Assembly: GCA_024626585.2 (NCBI GenBank)
Contig: JANKJI020000001.1
Coordinates: 3,250,974 to 3,271,461, forward strand
DNA: 20,488 nucleotides
Direction: 5' to 3'
DNA from: Ginkgo biloba
Taxonomy: Eukaryota > Plantae > Ginkgophyta
A program made the translations under genes and the position numbers. Position 1 is the first letter of the stretch, and the number at the start of each line of letters is the position of its first letter. Below, piece after piece: positions 1-11,738 of the stretch. Under the pieces are notes generated by a model. The model was not told the origin of the DNA. It saw nothing but the letters and a program-made list of their open reading frames with translations, and made no database searches.

Positions 1-1999
1 AAGTCTACTTTCTGACTGTAGTAAAATAAAGTTCTAAAACTGTACATATTTGTACATAAATCCTCCTCTTTGGAGAGAGGGTCTCCTAGGGTCATAATAG
101 ATGTGTTGGACTCTATTTAGATGTTTTGTCATGCTTCCTAATAAGAGACATTTGTGGAGGAAGAGTTCTCTAAGGAAGAGAGCAACACATTGTTGGTCTC
201 TATATCAAATGAATGTGGCAAGTGACCCTCTGATCTCTCTACAAAGATAGTAGTATCTCCTTCAAAGTTCATAAAATATGGGGCACAAAAAAATTAAATG
301 CTCTTTGTCTCTACAACCAGAGCGCCTAGGATAGGCGTGCACAGGATACATGCATAACCTCCTCAAGATACTTGTCATTGCCCACAGACTCGAGTCAACT
401 ACTATTAGCATCATACACGACCTAGTAGGAGACATCCGTGATGCACAAGAGGAGGTCCAAATAGGACCGAGAGAGTTGGAGTAGACAAATTCATCACAAA
501 TTTCTTTGGACCAAACCTAAGAGCTTCAACCTTGGATACTAGGAGAGAGATAGGGAGTAGACGGGTAGACAACCTAACCTAGGCTAGTAGTCATTGATGA
601 CCGGATTGTAGAGTAGATCATCAGATAGACGTTGAGCAAGTTTGTGATTGTGGATGGCGACTTCTCACCATAGGACTAATAGCTTTCTAGTGGCCTAGAT
701 TAGTGTCCATCGGGATCCTTTATACCTTAAGTGGGGGCTTGGATGGGCCATCCCTCAAGAGGACCCTTTCTTTCCTTTGAGATTTCCTTTCTGTTGTCAT
801 GTATCTTGTCTCATAGTTGCTGCGTGCAAAATTTTCTAATTAGAGCTATCTTTTAGGTCGTAGATCTCGTGTTGGAGTGACTAGAAGCACTCCCTTGGTT
901 ATAACATTTGTGTGAACTATTATAATCCCATTGACTGCTCTTTGGTCACTTGCAAATATTAATAGAATTTCATTTCATTTCTACCTCAAGTGAGCAAAGT
1001 CTGGAGATGCACTGATCTCTGGGTACATGATGTTTTGTCTCTATTTGAAGTTGATGGGAACATACTCTAAATTGCCCATTGGGAAACTACATACTACATG
1101 ACATATGTAGACGTAGGTAACCTAGAGGATCAATGGTTCCTTTAGAGATACGAAGATAGTGCTCATGGTAGAAGGCTAGTTTAGGGCTAAGTTCCCAGGG
1201 TCGAGAGATCCACGTGGACTAAATGTAGGTCCTGTAAATATTCTCTTATATCTGCTCNNNNNNNNNNNNNNNNNNNNNNNNNNNNNNNNNNNNNNNNNNN
1301 NNNNNNNNNNNNNNNNNNNNNNNNNNNNNNNNNNNNNNNNNNNNNNNNNNNNNNNNNACTCTACATTGCTCTGCTTTTATCCATTGATTGCTTATGGAGA
1401 TACATTGCCACATTAGTAGCAATAGGTGGTAAGACTACCAATTGGTCTTTAATTGTAGGGTGGCCCTTTTGGATCCTTGTTGGACATCAACTAGTGCACT
1501 ATCATTTTTGCATTTTTACATTTTTGGTTAGTACTAGCTTCTAGCACTAACATTAAGGTTTGGTTGCCAATAAGCTTTTAATGCACATATGAATGAACAT
1601 CTATAACACCATTCCCTACTCTAACCATGCAACGAGTTTTTAAAATCTTGTTAGTATGGTTCTAGACTCTACAGTTTCTAACTTTTCTGTTAGCTTTGAT
1701 TTTGTTGCAATGTCTTCTACATTCTATGCTATAGAGCTACCCTTCTACACTTCATAGTTTTGCTAATTAAATTATTACTTCAAACTTCCAATTGAGATTT
1801 CTATAGTCTGTAAACAAGCAAGAAAAAAACATGAATGTTGGGTAAATGTTGGCTATAAATAAGAGTAAATGGATGTTCATATTTATATTTTAGTATTTTG
1901 TTTAGACATATTATAATTTGCATCTTTGTTTTCATATGCTAGAAAATGGGAAATATCCTAGGCTTTGTATTAAGAAATTATGAATGTCATCTTATGCAG

Positions 2000-2093
2000 T
2001 TGCTACAATGGAAATTTGATTGGGGATACATGNNNNNNNNNNNNNNNNNNNNNNNNNNNNNNNCTTGATAAAAAGCGAGGTAACATCCTAAAG
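2000..2093 (+). CDS. Internal coding exon of HAD-IG (cN-II-like) 5'-nucleotidase gene, interrupted by a 31-N gap
   Basis: Acceptor atgcag ends at 1999 and donor GTGAGT starts at 2094. Translates LLQWKFDWGYM-[N31]-LDKKRGNILK, matching the plant family motif LxxWxFDWxYMVRGLVLDKKRGNILK (recalled). Phase 0-0. Confidence 0.88.
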
Positions 2094-2754
2094 GTGAGTC
2101 ATAGATTAATTAGCATTTACTTATTTGTACATGCATCAAGTTGTACTAAGCTTGTAATGTTGGATGTGGTCTTATCCTCATGCAGTAAAGTTTTGGGCTT
2201 TAGATGGATAGATGCTTTTGTTTCTTCCTTCCATAATCATTCTCTGTAGCTATAACATATGTGGTTTTCATTTGGAAGAGTTTTTGGAAATCTTTTGCTA
2301 TCATTCTTATTTTCTAGAACCCATGTAACATCCAATTTGCTATTGTGTTATCTGTCCATTGCTATGCATTTTTAGGAATGACTTTGAAAGACCTGTAGGG
2401 ATAGTCCCTCACAAACAACCCCCACTCCCCCCCCTCCTAGTCCATTGGTATGACTATAATTGGCCATGTTTTATTAGTGGGAACATTGCCAATAATACCC
2501 CTTTAGAACACGCTGAATTTTGAGAGAAACATTATAAGATAACTCTAATTTTGAAACTACTCCAGATTGATTATAGATCATTTCTTTTTAATGTGTATCT
2601 TTCTCCACCTTCCTTCATTCAATTAAGAAGAAATACACAGATGGACAATCGGTGATGCCCATCTCCCCTCCATTGAAACTGTCAATCTATACCACTATTG
2701 CATGCCCCATTCAGGTTGTGTTACAACCCAGACTTCTGCAAATTTGGCCTTGAA

Positions 2755-2857
2755 AAGTGGGTCAAGGAGAGCCTTGAGGAGTGGTTTAAATTCAATGTTG
2801 AGGGACGCTACTAAACCTAAGCTCAATGATGGGGCCTAATTGCATATTTTACACATG
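2755..2857 (+). mobile_element. Degenerate LINE (L1-type) RNase H remnant
   Basis: KWVKESLEEWFKFNVEG, then frameshifted ATKPKL..GPNCIFYT, resembles the plant L1 RNase H start W.PP..GW.K.N.DGA.KGNPG..G.G.I.R. Short, and truncated by a gap. Confidence 0.45.
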
Positions 2858-2957
2858 NNNNNNNNNNNNNNNNNNNNNNNNNNNNNNNNNNNNNNNNNNN
2901 NNNNNNNNNNNNNNNNNNNNNNNNNNNNNNNNNNNNNNNNNNNNNNNNNNNNNNNNN

Positions 2958-3260
2958 CACCAGAACTGTGCCTATTCTGACATGTGGACTATTGCTAAGG
3001 TGATTTGATGTTCTATTGTGAGTTGAGGTTAGCAGGTGAAATAGGCCTCTAAGGCTCTAATCCAGCTATCCAAGCACTCAGGGTTGATTGACCCTTCAAA
3101 ATGTGGAATGGAAATTTTGGTGTCTAATTTTAGTGCTAGTTGAGCTAGAGGAACTGCTTATGGAATGTGAACACTTGGTGGATTACTCGGTTGTTGGAGC
3201 TGAGTGATGAAGTTGGCCATTTCCAACTATGTCTGAAAGTCCATCTATTGTTGCATCTAC
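2958..3260 (-). mobile_element. Ty3/gypsy gag remnant
   Basis: Minus-strand translation KLDTKISIPHFEGSINPECLDSWIRALEAYFTC*PQLTIEHQITLAIVHMSE*AQFW matches the retrotransposon gag pattern P.F.G...LD.W...E.YF...A..WW. It has in-frame stops and ends at a gap. Confidence 0.8.
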
Positions 3261-4169
3261 TACTGTTGGAAGGCTTGTTGGGATTGGTAACTCCTATTTA
3301 AGGCCTAGGTTGTGTCTTGGGGCACAACACTAAATTGATGCATACAAGGGAAGAAACAAAGCCTTATATAGAGGCTCCTTAAGCTAAGGCTCAAAATCCC
3401 CCAACAAGTCTTCAGGTATAACTACCTCTACCTTGGAGTCATTCGCTATGCTTTTTGTAGTATACGTAGGGAAATTTCAGANNNNNNNNNNNNNNNNNNN
3501 NNNNNNNNNNNNNNNNNNNNNNNNNNNNNNNNNNNNNNNNNNNNNNNNNNNNNNNATACCATCAATTAAATCCTTTGACGAAGGGCACACTACCCTAAGG
3601 AACTTGAAACCCAAAATTAGGGTTTAACAACATGATATAAGCATGCGTAAACCAAAATTACTATTCTTTTTAGAAACTACTAGAAAACTGCAAAAATTAC
3701 ACTAATATAGAGTAGCTAGAATTAAATGCAAAGCTAGGGTTTGCTAAATACTTACCAAATATGGACTTATGCAGATGATTAGCTCTGACCAATGCTCCTA
3801 AGTGCTCTTGAAGACAAAAACATCCTCTACCTAGAGGCTTAAGTCCAACGACTTACTTGAAGTGCCAAATATTGTGGTATCTTCAACCATAAACTGGTCT
3901 TTGTCTTGCTAGAAAACCTACATCACCTTTAGTGCAAAATAATGTTACCAAAAACCTTGCCATCACCTCCAATGAGGTTGCCCTAATGCAAAGAAAAGAT
4001 TTAAGCAATTTTCATGTCAAAATAAGCGTTTTGCTTTTGCTATATTGAAGATGCCCTAGCTTCGTTGTNNNNNNNNNNNNNNNNNNNNNNNNNNNNNNNN
4101 NNNNNNNNNNNNNNNNNNNNNNNNNNNNNNNNNNNNNNNNNNNNNNNNNNNNNNNNNNNNNNNNNNNNC

Positions 4170-5045
4170 ACTCTATAGAGCATAGATATTTTAACATTAC
4201 TTTATTAATATTATTCTATATAATTTTAACCATAGTTAAGTATTTAGATGAGTATAGTTATGTATAGACCCAATAATAGTTAGTGACAAGATTTATATTT
4301 ACTACATTTTAAATATTTTGATACATGTTGATCAGTCGGTGGATGTCGATGGGTGGATGGATCTACATGGATGGTTGGACACTTTAGACTCCTATTGGTA
4401 ATGTTGTTGTATTAGTTTCAAATCTAGTTTTTAAAGTCATCGATCAATAACATTTTGCCATTAGGGTATGGACATGTTTTTATTTTTCATCCTTACACAT
4501 ATTTATATTATATATGATTATACATATATAAATAATATCTATGTCTACATATCTATTTGGATATTGTGCGGGTGTGTATAGAATAATTACGAGTGGATAT
4601 TTGTCCATTCCTAATAAATCTTATTGGTCAACTAATATTATTGGGCTCTCAGTTTGATCCATATTTTCAAGGTCAAATATAATTGGACAATGATTTTATA
4701 GAATAACCATAGATATTTATTTAAACTACTATATAAAAAGAGGGTTAATAAAGCATCCATCCATCCCCCTATGGTTAAATGTAATTAGTTAATGAGATAA
4801 AATACAGTATTAAAATATACGAGGACCAATAGGAGGCCAAATATACAACTATTTATTTACCTCCTTCTGCCCAGATACATCAACCCACCCATTCACACAC
4901 ATAAAATATTAACACAGAATGAATATTAAATTTGTCATCAACTATTATTTGCTCCATGATTAGCCATTGTTAGCTCAATACTCAACGAAAATGCTATAAA
5001 ATAATTTTGATAAAGAAATATTAAATGTTATATACTTTATGTAAT
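4170..5045. repeat. Long degenerate inverted repeat (arms about 4170-4545 and 4705-5045)
   Basis: Collinear reverse-complement anchors: aataatagtt 4272-4281 / aactattatt 4940-4949; ctcctattggt 4389-4399 / accaataggag 4825-4835; aataatatctatg 4531-4543 / catagatatttattt 4708-4722. All give a centre near 4610-4625. Confidence 0.75.
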
Positions 5046-7401
5046 ATAAATAACCATTTATATAAACCCATAGCTAAATATGGTTAGCTCGATACATGAC
5101 TACGATTAGGTCAATACCCAATTATGGTCAAGTCAATACTAACTATAGTCACTTATACTATATATGTACTCTGTATAAAGAAAAATAAGCATCCATTCTA
5201 TTCAAATCATACTCAACGATGGATAGCTCAATGCTTACTTGTAGTCATGTCAATCACTCGATTTATTTCATACAATACNNNNNNNNNNNNNNNNNNNNNN
5301 NNNNNNNNNNNNNNNNNNNNNNNNNNNNNNNNNNNNNNNNNNNNNNNNNNNNNNNNNNNNNNNNNNNNNNNNNNNNNNTCAAAGTACAATTAGATAGCCA
5401 AGTGACATGTGGTGAACATTAAATTATCCAACATGCCTCACATTGGTTTTCTAATCCATTTAGCATTAAGCTTTCCTACTTTACCATGATTGAAGTGTCA
5501 TGTTTTTCTGGGGATAGAGGATTTTCTTGATCTCCCAATACCTACATCATTGTTATTGGAAAGATGCATGAATGTGAAAGTAATGTTCCTAAAAGGAAAA
5601 CAATAAAGATAGCTTAATGAATCTTGTTATGTTCATCAATGAGAATTTAGTTTCCAAATGTAGGAGAAATGTTGCTTCCTATGCTGACTCCTTGAACAAG
5701 TTAGTAATGAATTAATAAGGAAACCACCCATTTTAGTGCAATTGTAAGCAAACAACAATTCTATAACCATGTCAAAGTGCATAATGTAATGACCCTTGGG
5801 GAAAATAATCGGAAATAATGATGCTAAGTGAAAATGCGAAAGGTAAACTAAAGACTCAAATAAAATGATGTGTCTAGTATAACAATACTAGCCTTACAAC
5901 ATTGAGGAGATATAATGGAAATCATCTGTACCTGTCAAACAACAAAATAAATAACATACGACATGGCGACTCAAATGCCAAAAATACCCAACTTAACACA
6001 AGAGGCAACGTGGAAGGAAACAAAATGGAAACATTTACAACATTGCCATGGAAACATTACAACGTTGCCACAATAACAAAATGAATAAGGACGAAAACAA
6101 AAAATAATGCAACAAAATAACATGAACAATACGCTATTAACAAAATGATAATAACATGTCAAAAGAAGAAAAAAGAAAATGCCAGCTAGACATTGCAAGC
6201 TACAAGATGGCTACGAAGTAAAAATCCTAAACATGATAAATCGTAAAACAAAAAGAATTACAAGGGTTGACAACGAAACTAAAAGCAAAGGTTGACAACA
6301 TGCAACAAAATTGGAAAAGAAGGGTGTCTGGAAGAACGATAATATGTACAACACCAATAGGACCTACGTGAAGCATGTAACGAGGTAAAGAGCGCCTGGC
6401 AGCTCATAATGCAAAAGGCAAACCTAAGGACACTAGGGTTTGCAAGTGAATGCTACACTAATAGTGCAACAATAATAATTATGGTTACAATGCTACAATG
6501 CCCTAAATTTTCTATGTTTTTTTTTCTTTTCTTTATTTTTGTGAATTTTTCATTTTTTATTTTTTTGGAATATATATTTTTTTGTATAATTATTTACAAT
6601 GCGACTTCTGGTCATATGCCTATCCATTATCAAAAATAAAATTTTGGAGACGTAATGCAATGGAAAAGATAGGGATGACAAAACCACTAGTTATGAAACA
6701 CAGTGGGGACAGAAGGCAANNNNNNNNNNNNNNNNNNNNNNNNNNNNNNNNNNNNNNNNNNNNNNNNNNNNNNNNNNNNNNNNNNNNNNNNNNNNNNNNN
6801 NNNNNNNNNNNNNNNNNNNAATAAATAGATAAATTAGGCAAATTGGATTTGAATAATAACTTTGACTTGTGGTGTGTGCACAAATGCAATAAAGGCCGTT
6901 GTGAATGATGTGCACAAAGAAGTAACTCATGGCCACAGAAAGTGTTTGATCATAGAGAGTGATTTGTACATTGATTAATAGTCTTATGTTTTCTTTAAAT
7001 TCATTGACAATTTAATTGGATGCATTATCTTGATAAATTTGAAATGCTAAAATGTTACAAAAATTTCTTTTTTTTTGATAGGCCCAACAAAATATCAATA
7101 TTACTTCTTAATGACCAATTTAATGGGTATTGCCTGCTGAAAATGTTAATTAAACAAAAATTACATTAAGATCAAAATATGATTAATTATGTTTATCATT
7201 GTTATCTTATTAATTTTAGCCATTTATTAGGGATGGTTGATGGACAGCTCAATTATTTTAGTAATATAGTATAGATGATCTCCCCTAAACACATGTTTTT
7301 CATTTCTTCATCTAGTCAGGTTAGAGATCCTGTATAGGTGTATATTTGTAATTTTTGAAGGCGCTGAAATGACTGAGAGCATGCAAATATGTTCTTTGCA
7401 G

Positions 7402-7494
7402 TTATGCTCAGATGTATAGAGATGTTCGAGCTGCAGTTGACTTGTGTCATCGAGATGGAACTGTGAAACAAGCTGTTGCAAGCAACCCTGCGAA
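7402..7494 (+). CDS. Internal coding exon of HAD-IG 5'-nucleotidase (93 nt)
   Basis: Acceptor ttctttgcag ends at 7401 and donor GTATGT starts at 7495. Translates (x)YAQMYRDVRAAVDLCHRDGTVKQAVASNPA(K); DVRAAVDLCHRDGT is typical of the family. Phase 2-2, in frame with the next exon. Confidence 0.93.
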
Positions 7495-7993
7495 GTATGT
7501 TATGAATGGCTTTCAGTTAATATGTAATACCCAAGGATATTCGTAGGTGATGATTATGAACAAAGTTAGCAAGAAGGAGAAATAGTGACAAGTATAATTT
7601 TTTATTATTGTTTTTTGAGATGCTGTGGTTCATATATGACTTAATAGGCTGAGCACATTACATACCACCGCATGGGATTCACATTCATCTTGCAAATGTC
7701 TAATGGCTAATTTACCTTGCTTCTCATTTCTCTTTCCTGATGCTTTTAAATCCCCTTGGACATTTTTGAGGTCCTATCTTTATTTGCTTGTGGAATTTTC
7801 AATGAATCCCTTTGTCAATTGTGATAGAGAGAGATTTGTAAGGCCGTACTTATATTTTTCATGAGGGTGCACATGCAAATGATTAGTAGTTATTATGGAG
7901 TATGCATAGTGTCTAAGTTTAAGCCTTTTATATGTTTGGGTGGTCCTCACTGGGTCTTTATATTTCTAACTCTCTATGATGTTTGAGTTATAG

Positions 7994-8077
7994 ATTTATT
8001 CATGAAGACCAAATGATAGTACCGATGCTTAAAATGCTTCGAAATTCTGGTCGAATGACTTTCCTTGTAACAAACAG
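7994..8077 (+). CDS. Internal coding exon of HAD-IG 5'-nucleotidase (84 nt), contains HAD motif II region
   Basis: Acceptor ttatag ends at 7993 and donor GTACAA starts at 8078. Translates (K)FIHEDQMIVPMLKMLRNSGRMTFLVTN(S); FLVTNS corresponds to the cN-II family motif. Explains the N-terminal part of ORF 7983-8321. Confidence 0.93.
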
Positions 8078-8246
8078 GTACAATTACACCCCTTTTTCAT
8101 TTATTTTATACCTTGTATGTTTGTTCAAACATGTTTGTCTTTGTTGCTTTGATATTCCTCCAAGGAGTACTGCATATTTTTTAACCAGTTTCTGTTACAC
8201 TCTGAATTGCGAGTTTAGTCTATCATGCAGTTCGTTATTCTTGCAG

Positions 8247-8363
8247 CTTGTGGGATTATACTCATGTCGTTATGAACTACCTCTGCGGAAAGTGCGGAGT
8301 AAATGGAAGTACACCCCGTGATGATGAATGGCTTGATTATTTCGATGTAGTCATTACTGGCAG
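8247..8363 (+). CDS. Internal coding exon of HAD-IG 5'-nucleotidase (117 nt)
   Basis: Acceptor ttcttgcag ends at 8246 and donor GTTATT starts at 8364. Translates (S)LWDYTHVVMNYLCGKCGVNGSTPRDDEWLDYFDVVITG(S); W..YFDVVITGS precedes the conserved KP motif expected in the next exon. Confidence 0.93.
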
Positions 8364-8437
8364 GTTATTTTTCTCCCTATGTCAGTAGAATCGTAAGGCT
8401 TCAAATATTTGTATTTGTTTTAATATATTGATTAAAA

Positions 8438-9085
8438 TCGGATATAATAATAGAATTATTTTACTCACAGTGATGTCAATTAAAGGGTTTATGATGCATT
8501 AGAACATGAAGACAAAGACCTTTCTTATGATTTGAATTATGGAAAAAAATAATCCAAGGAAAAAGTCTTCCATTAAAAATATTTGAATGGAATGATAAGA
8601 AGGCAAGGTTAAAAGTCCAAATTATTATTATGTTTTAAAATTTTGAAATGGCATCAAATAGATTAAGCACTACCTAATGATACTCTTTCAAATGAAAGTT
8701 ATAAAGTGGTCATTTAAGATATAAATGTTAATAGTAATCTATTTATAAACATGACATATTAAGAATGAATTTTAAACTTATATCTAATGGTATCCAATAT
8801 ATGAGGTACTTTAATAAACACTTGGCTTATTCTATTTGATTAAGACTTTATCGAATTACATTTATTATGCTAAAACTTTTCTTTGATAAGAATAAAATAC
8901 CATCTTTGAACATTTGAAGTGATATTTTCAGTTTTTTATATCATTATGGTTTGGTATTTAAGTAGGTCTCTAATCTAAAAGAAAATAAAGACTATGAATA
9001 TTTGTTAATTTATGATATATAAAGGAAGCTCATTTATAATAGGGAAACATATTTGTGGCAATTATTTGCCACAGGTTTGTACTAG
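8438..9085 (+). mobile_element. Non-autonomous Helitron (3' end clear, 5' end tentative)
   Basis: Hairpin TGTGGCAA-ttat-TTGCCACA at 9054-9073, then 8 nt, then CTAG at 9082-9085 followed by T: the canonical Helitron 3' terminus. Candidate 5' end is A|TCGGATATAATAATAG at 8438. The interior is AT-rich and non-coding. Confidence 0.65.
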
Positions 9086-9239
9086 TATATATATAATTTA
9101 GAGGTGTACATCCATCCACATATTTTATTGGATAAAAATCCATGTTGTCTTTATTTATAAAAAACCAAGTTAGAGGTATAAAAACATATTCAAATGTCAA
9201 CAATCCCTTAATCTCATATTAATATTATACATTCTTGTA

Positions 9240-10317
9240 TGATTTTGTGCTTCCTTCCTGATCTTATTGTTATCTTCTTGAATAGTGGCATATATCTCTC
9301 ATTAGCAGAAGTCTCTACCAACACTTGCTTTGCCCAATTTATCAAGCATGTATGTTGGATGTACATGACATGCCTCATATGTTGTTGTTCAATTACTTTT
9401 CATAGGAGGTATAAGTCCCACAATGCATCAAGCTATGTCTTGATGTACTTGTACCCAAACAAAATTACTATGGGAACACATTTTCTGTAGATGACCTATT
9501 CAATGATAACTCAACTTCCATTGTAGAAAAGTTCTCTTAGGATGCTTCGAGACTATTAGCTGACATGTCTTATTAATTGTCATAGGATGGACAAGTCCTT
9601 GTGCACAATATCCAAAATAACAAAAACTTGAGAAGTGATAATGTATTGGAGCCATATGATGTGAAGAAATTTGACATGTCTGAGACTAGGCACTACACTT
9701 GCTCATTGTCATTCTGCCATTTTAGAAGAGATATAGAACTAAGTGTGACAATTTAAAAAGGTTCAAATAAGAGTAATGAATTGTTGGTTCTCCCATCTTG
9801 TGTCATTGATGGACAATTGTTTATCCTAGGGTATGTTGTCATTTTTTTCCAATGGATTTTCCACTGAAAGTGGATGTTTTAAATATATGTACAAGTATTG
9901 AAGAAGTGATGTCATCAAGTCAAGCATGATAGTGTCCAAGGCCAAATGAGAAGAATGGCCTAATTACATGACCATTTATCCTGTACTAATATTTTTATAA
10001 AAGGGCTTGCTAATGACATTAGGACAAGCGATATGTGCACCAATGGCTATATTGGTAGCTCTCACATTAAGACAAGGAAATACTCTTGGTGTGTGTCCAC
10101 ATCCAAGTTGACCCTCCAAAAATGGTTTTGATAGTAGATCCTCCATTGCTTTTGTAGGTTCTAATTCTATGATTTTATTGCACCACTCTAGTTCTCCAAC
10201 CAATTGGGGAGGAATCGGCAAGTTGTGAGATATTGGGAATAGTGAAGCATATCTATCAAACATCTTGTCAACATATAATCTAGTGTCAAGTATTAGATAG
10301 GACAACTGTTGGTCCAA
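9240..10317 (-). mobile_element. Degenerate TE-derived coding remnant (possibly a plant-mobile-domain-like accessory ORF)
   Basis: Open stretch 9976-10317 (113 aa) continues leftward as stop-interrupted protein-like sequence. No splice context, and it lies in the intron among LTRs. Domain identity is only a guess. Confidence 0.3.
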
Positions 10318-10412
10318 TAGGAATTGTCATGTTGCCGAGCATAATGCATGTTGGATGATGCTCTAGAGGCTTTACATGGTCACAACCTTGATAATTGGAC
10401 ACAACTCCTCAT

Positions 10413-11357
10413 TGTTGACTAATTTGGGTTCGTATGTGGAGTTCATCATTAGCAACAAGTTAGTACTTCACATATTATGTGCATATCGTTTGTTCATACA
10501 CATACATCATTAATGATCACTATCACCGGATGCAACACATGATATGGCGTGCAATCTCATATGTTATACGTCATAATGAAGACACAGTACAACTACTTTT
10601 TCACAGTCCTATGCCTTGACTCGACTCACAATTAATTTACTTACTCTCTCCTATTGATAACCCTTTCCTCTCTCTAAATTCATAAATGACATGACTTTTC
10701 ATTTGAAGTGACATGACTTTGTAGTCATCATTTCATGTCCTAATTAATGCTTCATTAATTGTTTTCATTTAATGCACTTGATTCCTTCATTAAATGCGCC
10801 TTCATTTCAGCATTAAATGCATCATTATTGTTGGCTTAACAGTCATCTGTTGAAATCATGTATAACATCAGCCTTACGAGATCGAATCTGCTCCTCTCAA
10901 ATGTGATTTGCTGAAAGAAATGCAACTCAATGTTGCATTAAACATGACTCCTGACATCATTCTGTCATAAATGTGCCTGTACAACATTAAATGTAGTTGT
11001 ACTTGATGTACGAGTGGCTGTACATGTTGCATGGATGATTGTGTATGGATGACATCATCATTTCTATCCTTTCGGCATGTTGACATCATCATCTAGTTGC
11101 TACAGTTATTGCTGTATGATTTATTGACGTCAGATCTGTCCTTCGACCTGCTATACTGCCTGTAAAGTCTGTTGTACTACTGTATGGCTTGGTTTGACTG
11201 GTTTTGACTGTCTTACTTACTGCCATATCATCCCCAATTCTACCATGTCATCATTGGGCTACCGTATCATTGTTGGACTACCACGTCATCGTTGGGTTGC
11301 CGTATCATCGTTGGACTGCCACGTCATCATTTGGTCATTGAGGATGATGCATGATTT
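10413..11357 (-). mobile_element. LTR, diverged relative of the 12838 and 14610 LTRs
   Basis: Begins TGTTGactaatttggg...gtgga...gcaacaagt versus TGTTGgttaaaattggg...gtgga...gcaacaggt in the other copies. Shares cctatt...ttcataaatga, cattaaatgc and gcca..tcatcatt motifs in the same order. The right end is lost in a gap. Confidence 0.55.
11240..11334. repeat. 19-bp tandem repeat, 5 units, with 38-bp higher-order alternation
   Basis: ctaccatgtcatcattggg / ctaccgtatcattgttgga / ctaccacgtcatcgttggg / ttgccgtatcatcgttgga / ctgccacgtcatcatttgg. A degenerate unit precedes at 11220-11239. Confidence 0.9.
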
Positions 11358-11738
11358 NNNNNNNNNNNNNNNNNNNNNNNNNNNNNNNNNNNNNNNNNNN
11401 NNNNNNNNNNNNNNNNNNNNNNNNNNNNNNNNNNNNNNNNNNNNNNNNNNNNNNNNNTTTTGGATCCAAAAAACAGATCATTTACAAAGTTTATGATTAG
11501 AAACCCCAACTTGCCATATGTAGTATATATGTTGTTCCTTCTATGTGGTGTCCTTTTGAACAATTCTGAATATAATCATGCATGTATGGCACTGAACATG
11601 TATATTTATACTTTTGTGGTTGCATTTGTGGGCCATAGTCAATTTCATTCTAGTGTAGAGCATACCAAGATTTGTTAACTCACTTATGTGGGCTTCTATG
11701 ATTCTTTTGTAAGCCTACATNNNNNNNNNNNNNNNNNN

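Noticed and set aside
1-1257. Probable retrotransposon internal region ending in an eroded PPT/LTR start (gtggactaaaTGTAG near 1224)
   Set aside because: No recognisable domain or partner LTR, so it is too weak to list as a feature.
1527-1551. Small palindromes (gttagtactag-ctt-ctagcactaac; also ctagtat-aaca-atactag near 5875-5892)
   Set aside because: They are short and AT-rich, and lack the hairpin-spacer-CTAG geometry or any other supporting context.
2200-2240. tttag|ATGGATAGA (MDR) as the missing MDRHKYVK exon
   Set aside because: It continues CFCFFLP* with no similarity to the expected peptide.
3556-3795. atacca (3556) and gctctgacca (3782) as tRNA-Met PBS for the minus-strand gag
   Set aside because: The first is cut by a gap and lacks an adjacent TG; the second needs a 2-nt deletion. 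Neither is supportable.
5960-5980. CA-TGGCGACTC as a primer-binding site
   Set aside because: The match ends after 9 nt and there is no supporting LTR.
2826-6936. Numerous short ORFs in the track that contain X runs
   Set aside because: They are artefacts of stop-free N gaps or low-complexity A/T-rich sequence.
7983-8321. 112-aa ORF as a standalone gene
   Set aside because: Only 7994-8077 is coding. The remainder is intron read-through plus the next exon in the wrong frame.
11240-11334. CRISPR-like array
   Set aside because: The units are contiguous with no unique spacers, and the context is a eukaryotic LTR.
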